64,000 nucleotides of DNA from Octopus sinensis (lineage: Eukaryota): positions 20,150,001 through 20,214,000 of the forward strand of contig NC_043016.1 of NCBI RefSeq assembly GCF_006345805.1, read 5' to 3'. Positions 63,681-64,000 of this stretch are shown here, piece after piece. The notes below the pieces were generated by a model. The model made no database searches and was not told the DNA's origin. It saw only the letters and a list, made by a program, of their open reading frames with translations. Position numbers and translations under genes: made by a program. Each line of letters begins with the position of its first letter. Positions within the stretch are counted from its first letter, which is position 1.

Positions 63681-64000
63681 CAAATCAATTTCACGTGTCA
63701 AATAAACTTTATTTTCATTTACATATTTTCTATGTTACCTTAACAACTAGCTAAATTTATTTCAAATACACTTCTCTAAAACGATCAGGTTTCATTAGAA
63801 AAAGGAAAATTGATTTACTTTCGATTTACCTAAATTACAAAATGTTGCATTACGAGAGTGATGACGTGGGAATAAGGAAAGTAATGTTTCTCTGAATTAG
63901 TCACATCTGCTTATCTATCTACCAAATAAACTATGTTTTTGACTCAACAACTCTTTTTTACAACTAAAATAACCTTGGTAACTAGATTAGGTTGCACAAT

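Overview
AT-rich, microsatellite- and SINE-dense eukaryotic DNA. The repeat families and gene structure look like an octopus/coleoid cephalopod genome (inference). Only one intact host gene is supported: a minus-strand voltage-gated proton channel (Hv1/HVCN1 family). Its coding exons at 26187-26685 and 22452-23035 splice in frame to 360 aa, and it probably has a first exon near 42.1-42.5 kb. The first ~17.9 kb is a hierarchical tandem array built from scrambled, pseudogenised ankyrin and RING-like fragments resembling Mind bomb-type E3 ligases, interleaved with TE debris. The most striking structure is a nested insertion at 46303-52183. A tRNA-derived SINE with its own outer TSD was hit three times at the same internal GGTATT site: twice by 184-bp headless SINE copies and once by a full-length 5.3-kb Tx1/L1-type LINE with a perfect 16-bp TSD. 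The LINE 3' end matches the SINE tail, and solo SINE copies elsewhere share a G(G/A)TAT target. This suggests a self-targeting SINE/Tx1-LINE partnership. The rest is decayed RTE, CR1-like, Tc1/mariner, piggyBac, Helitron and Penelope-like remnants, MITEs and simple repeats. All family calls come from motif recognition by eye; no database searches were run.
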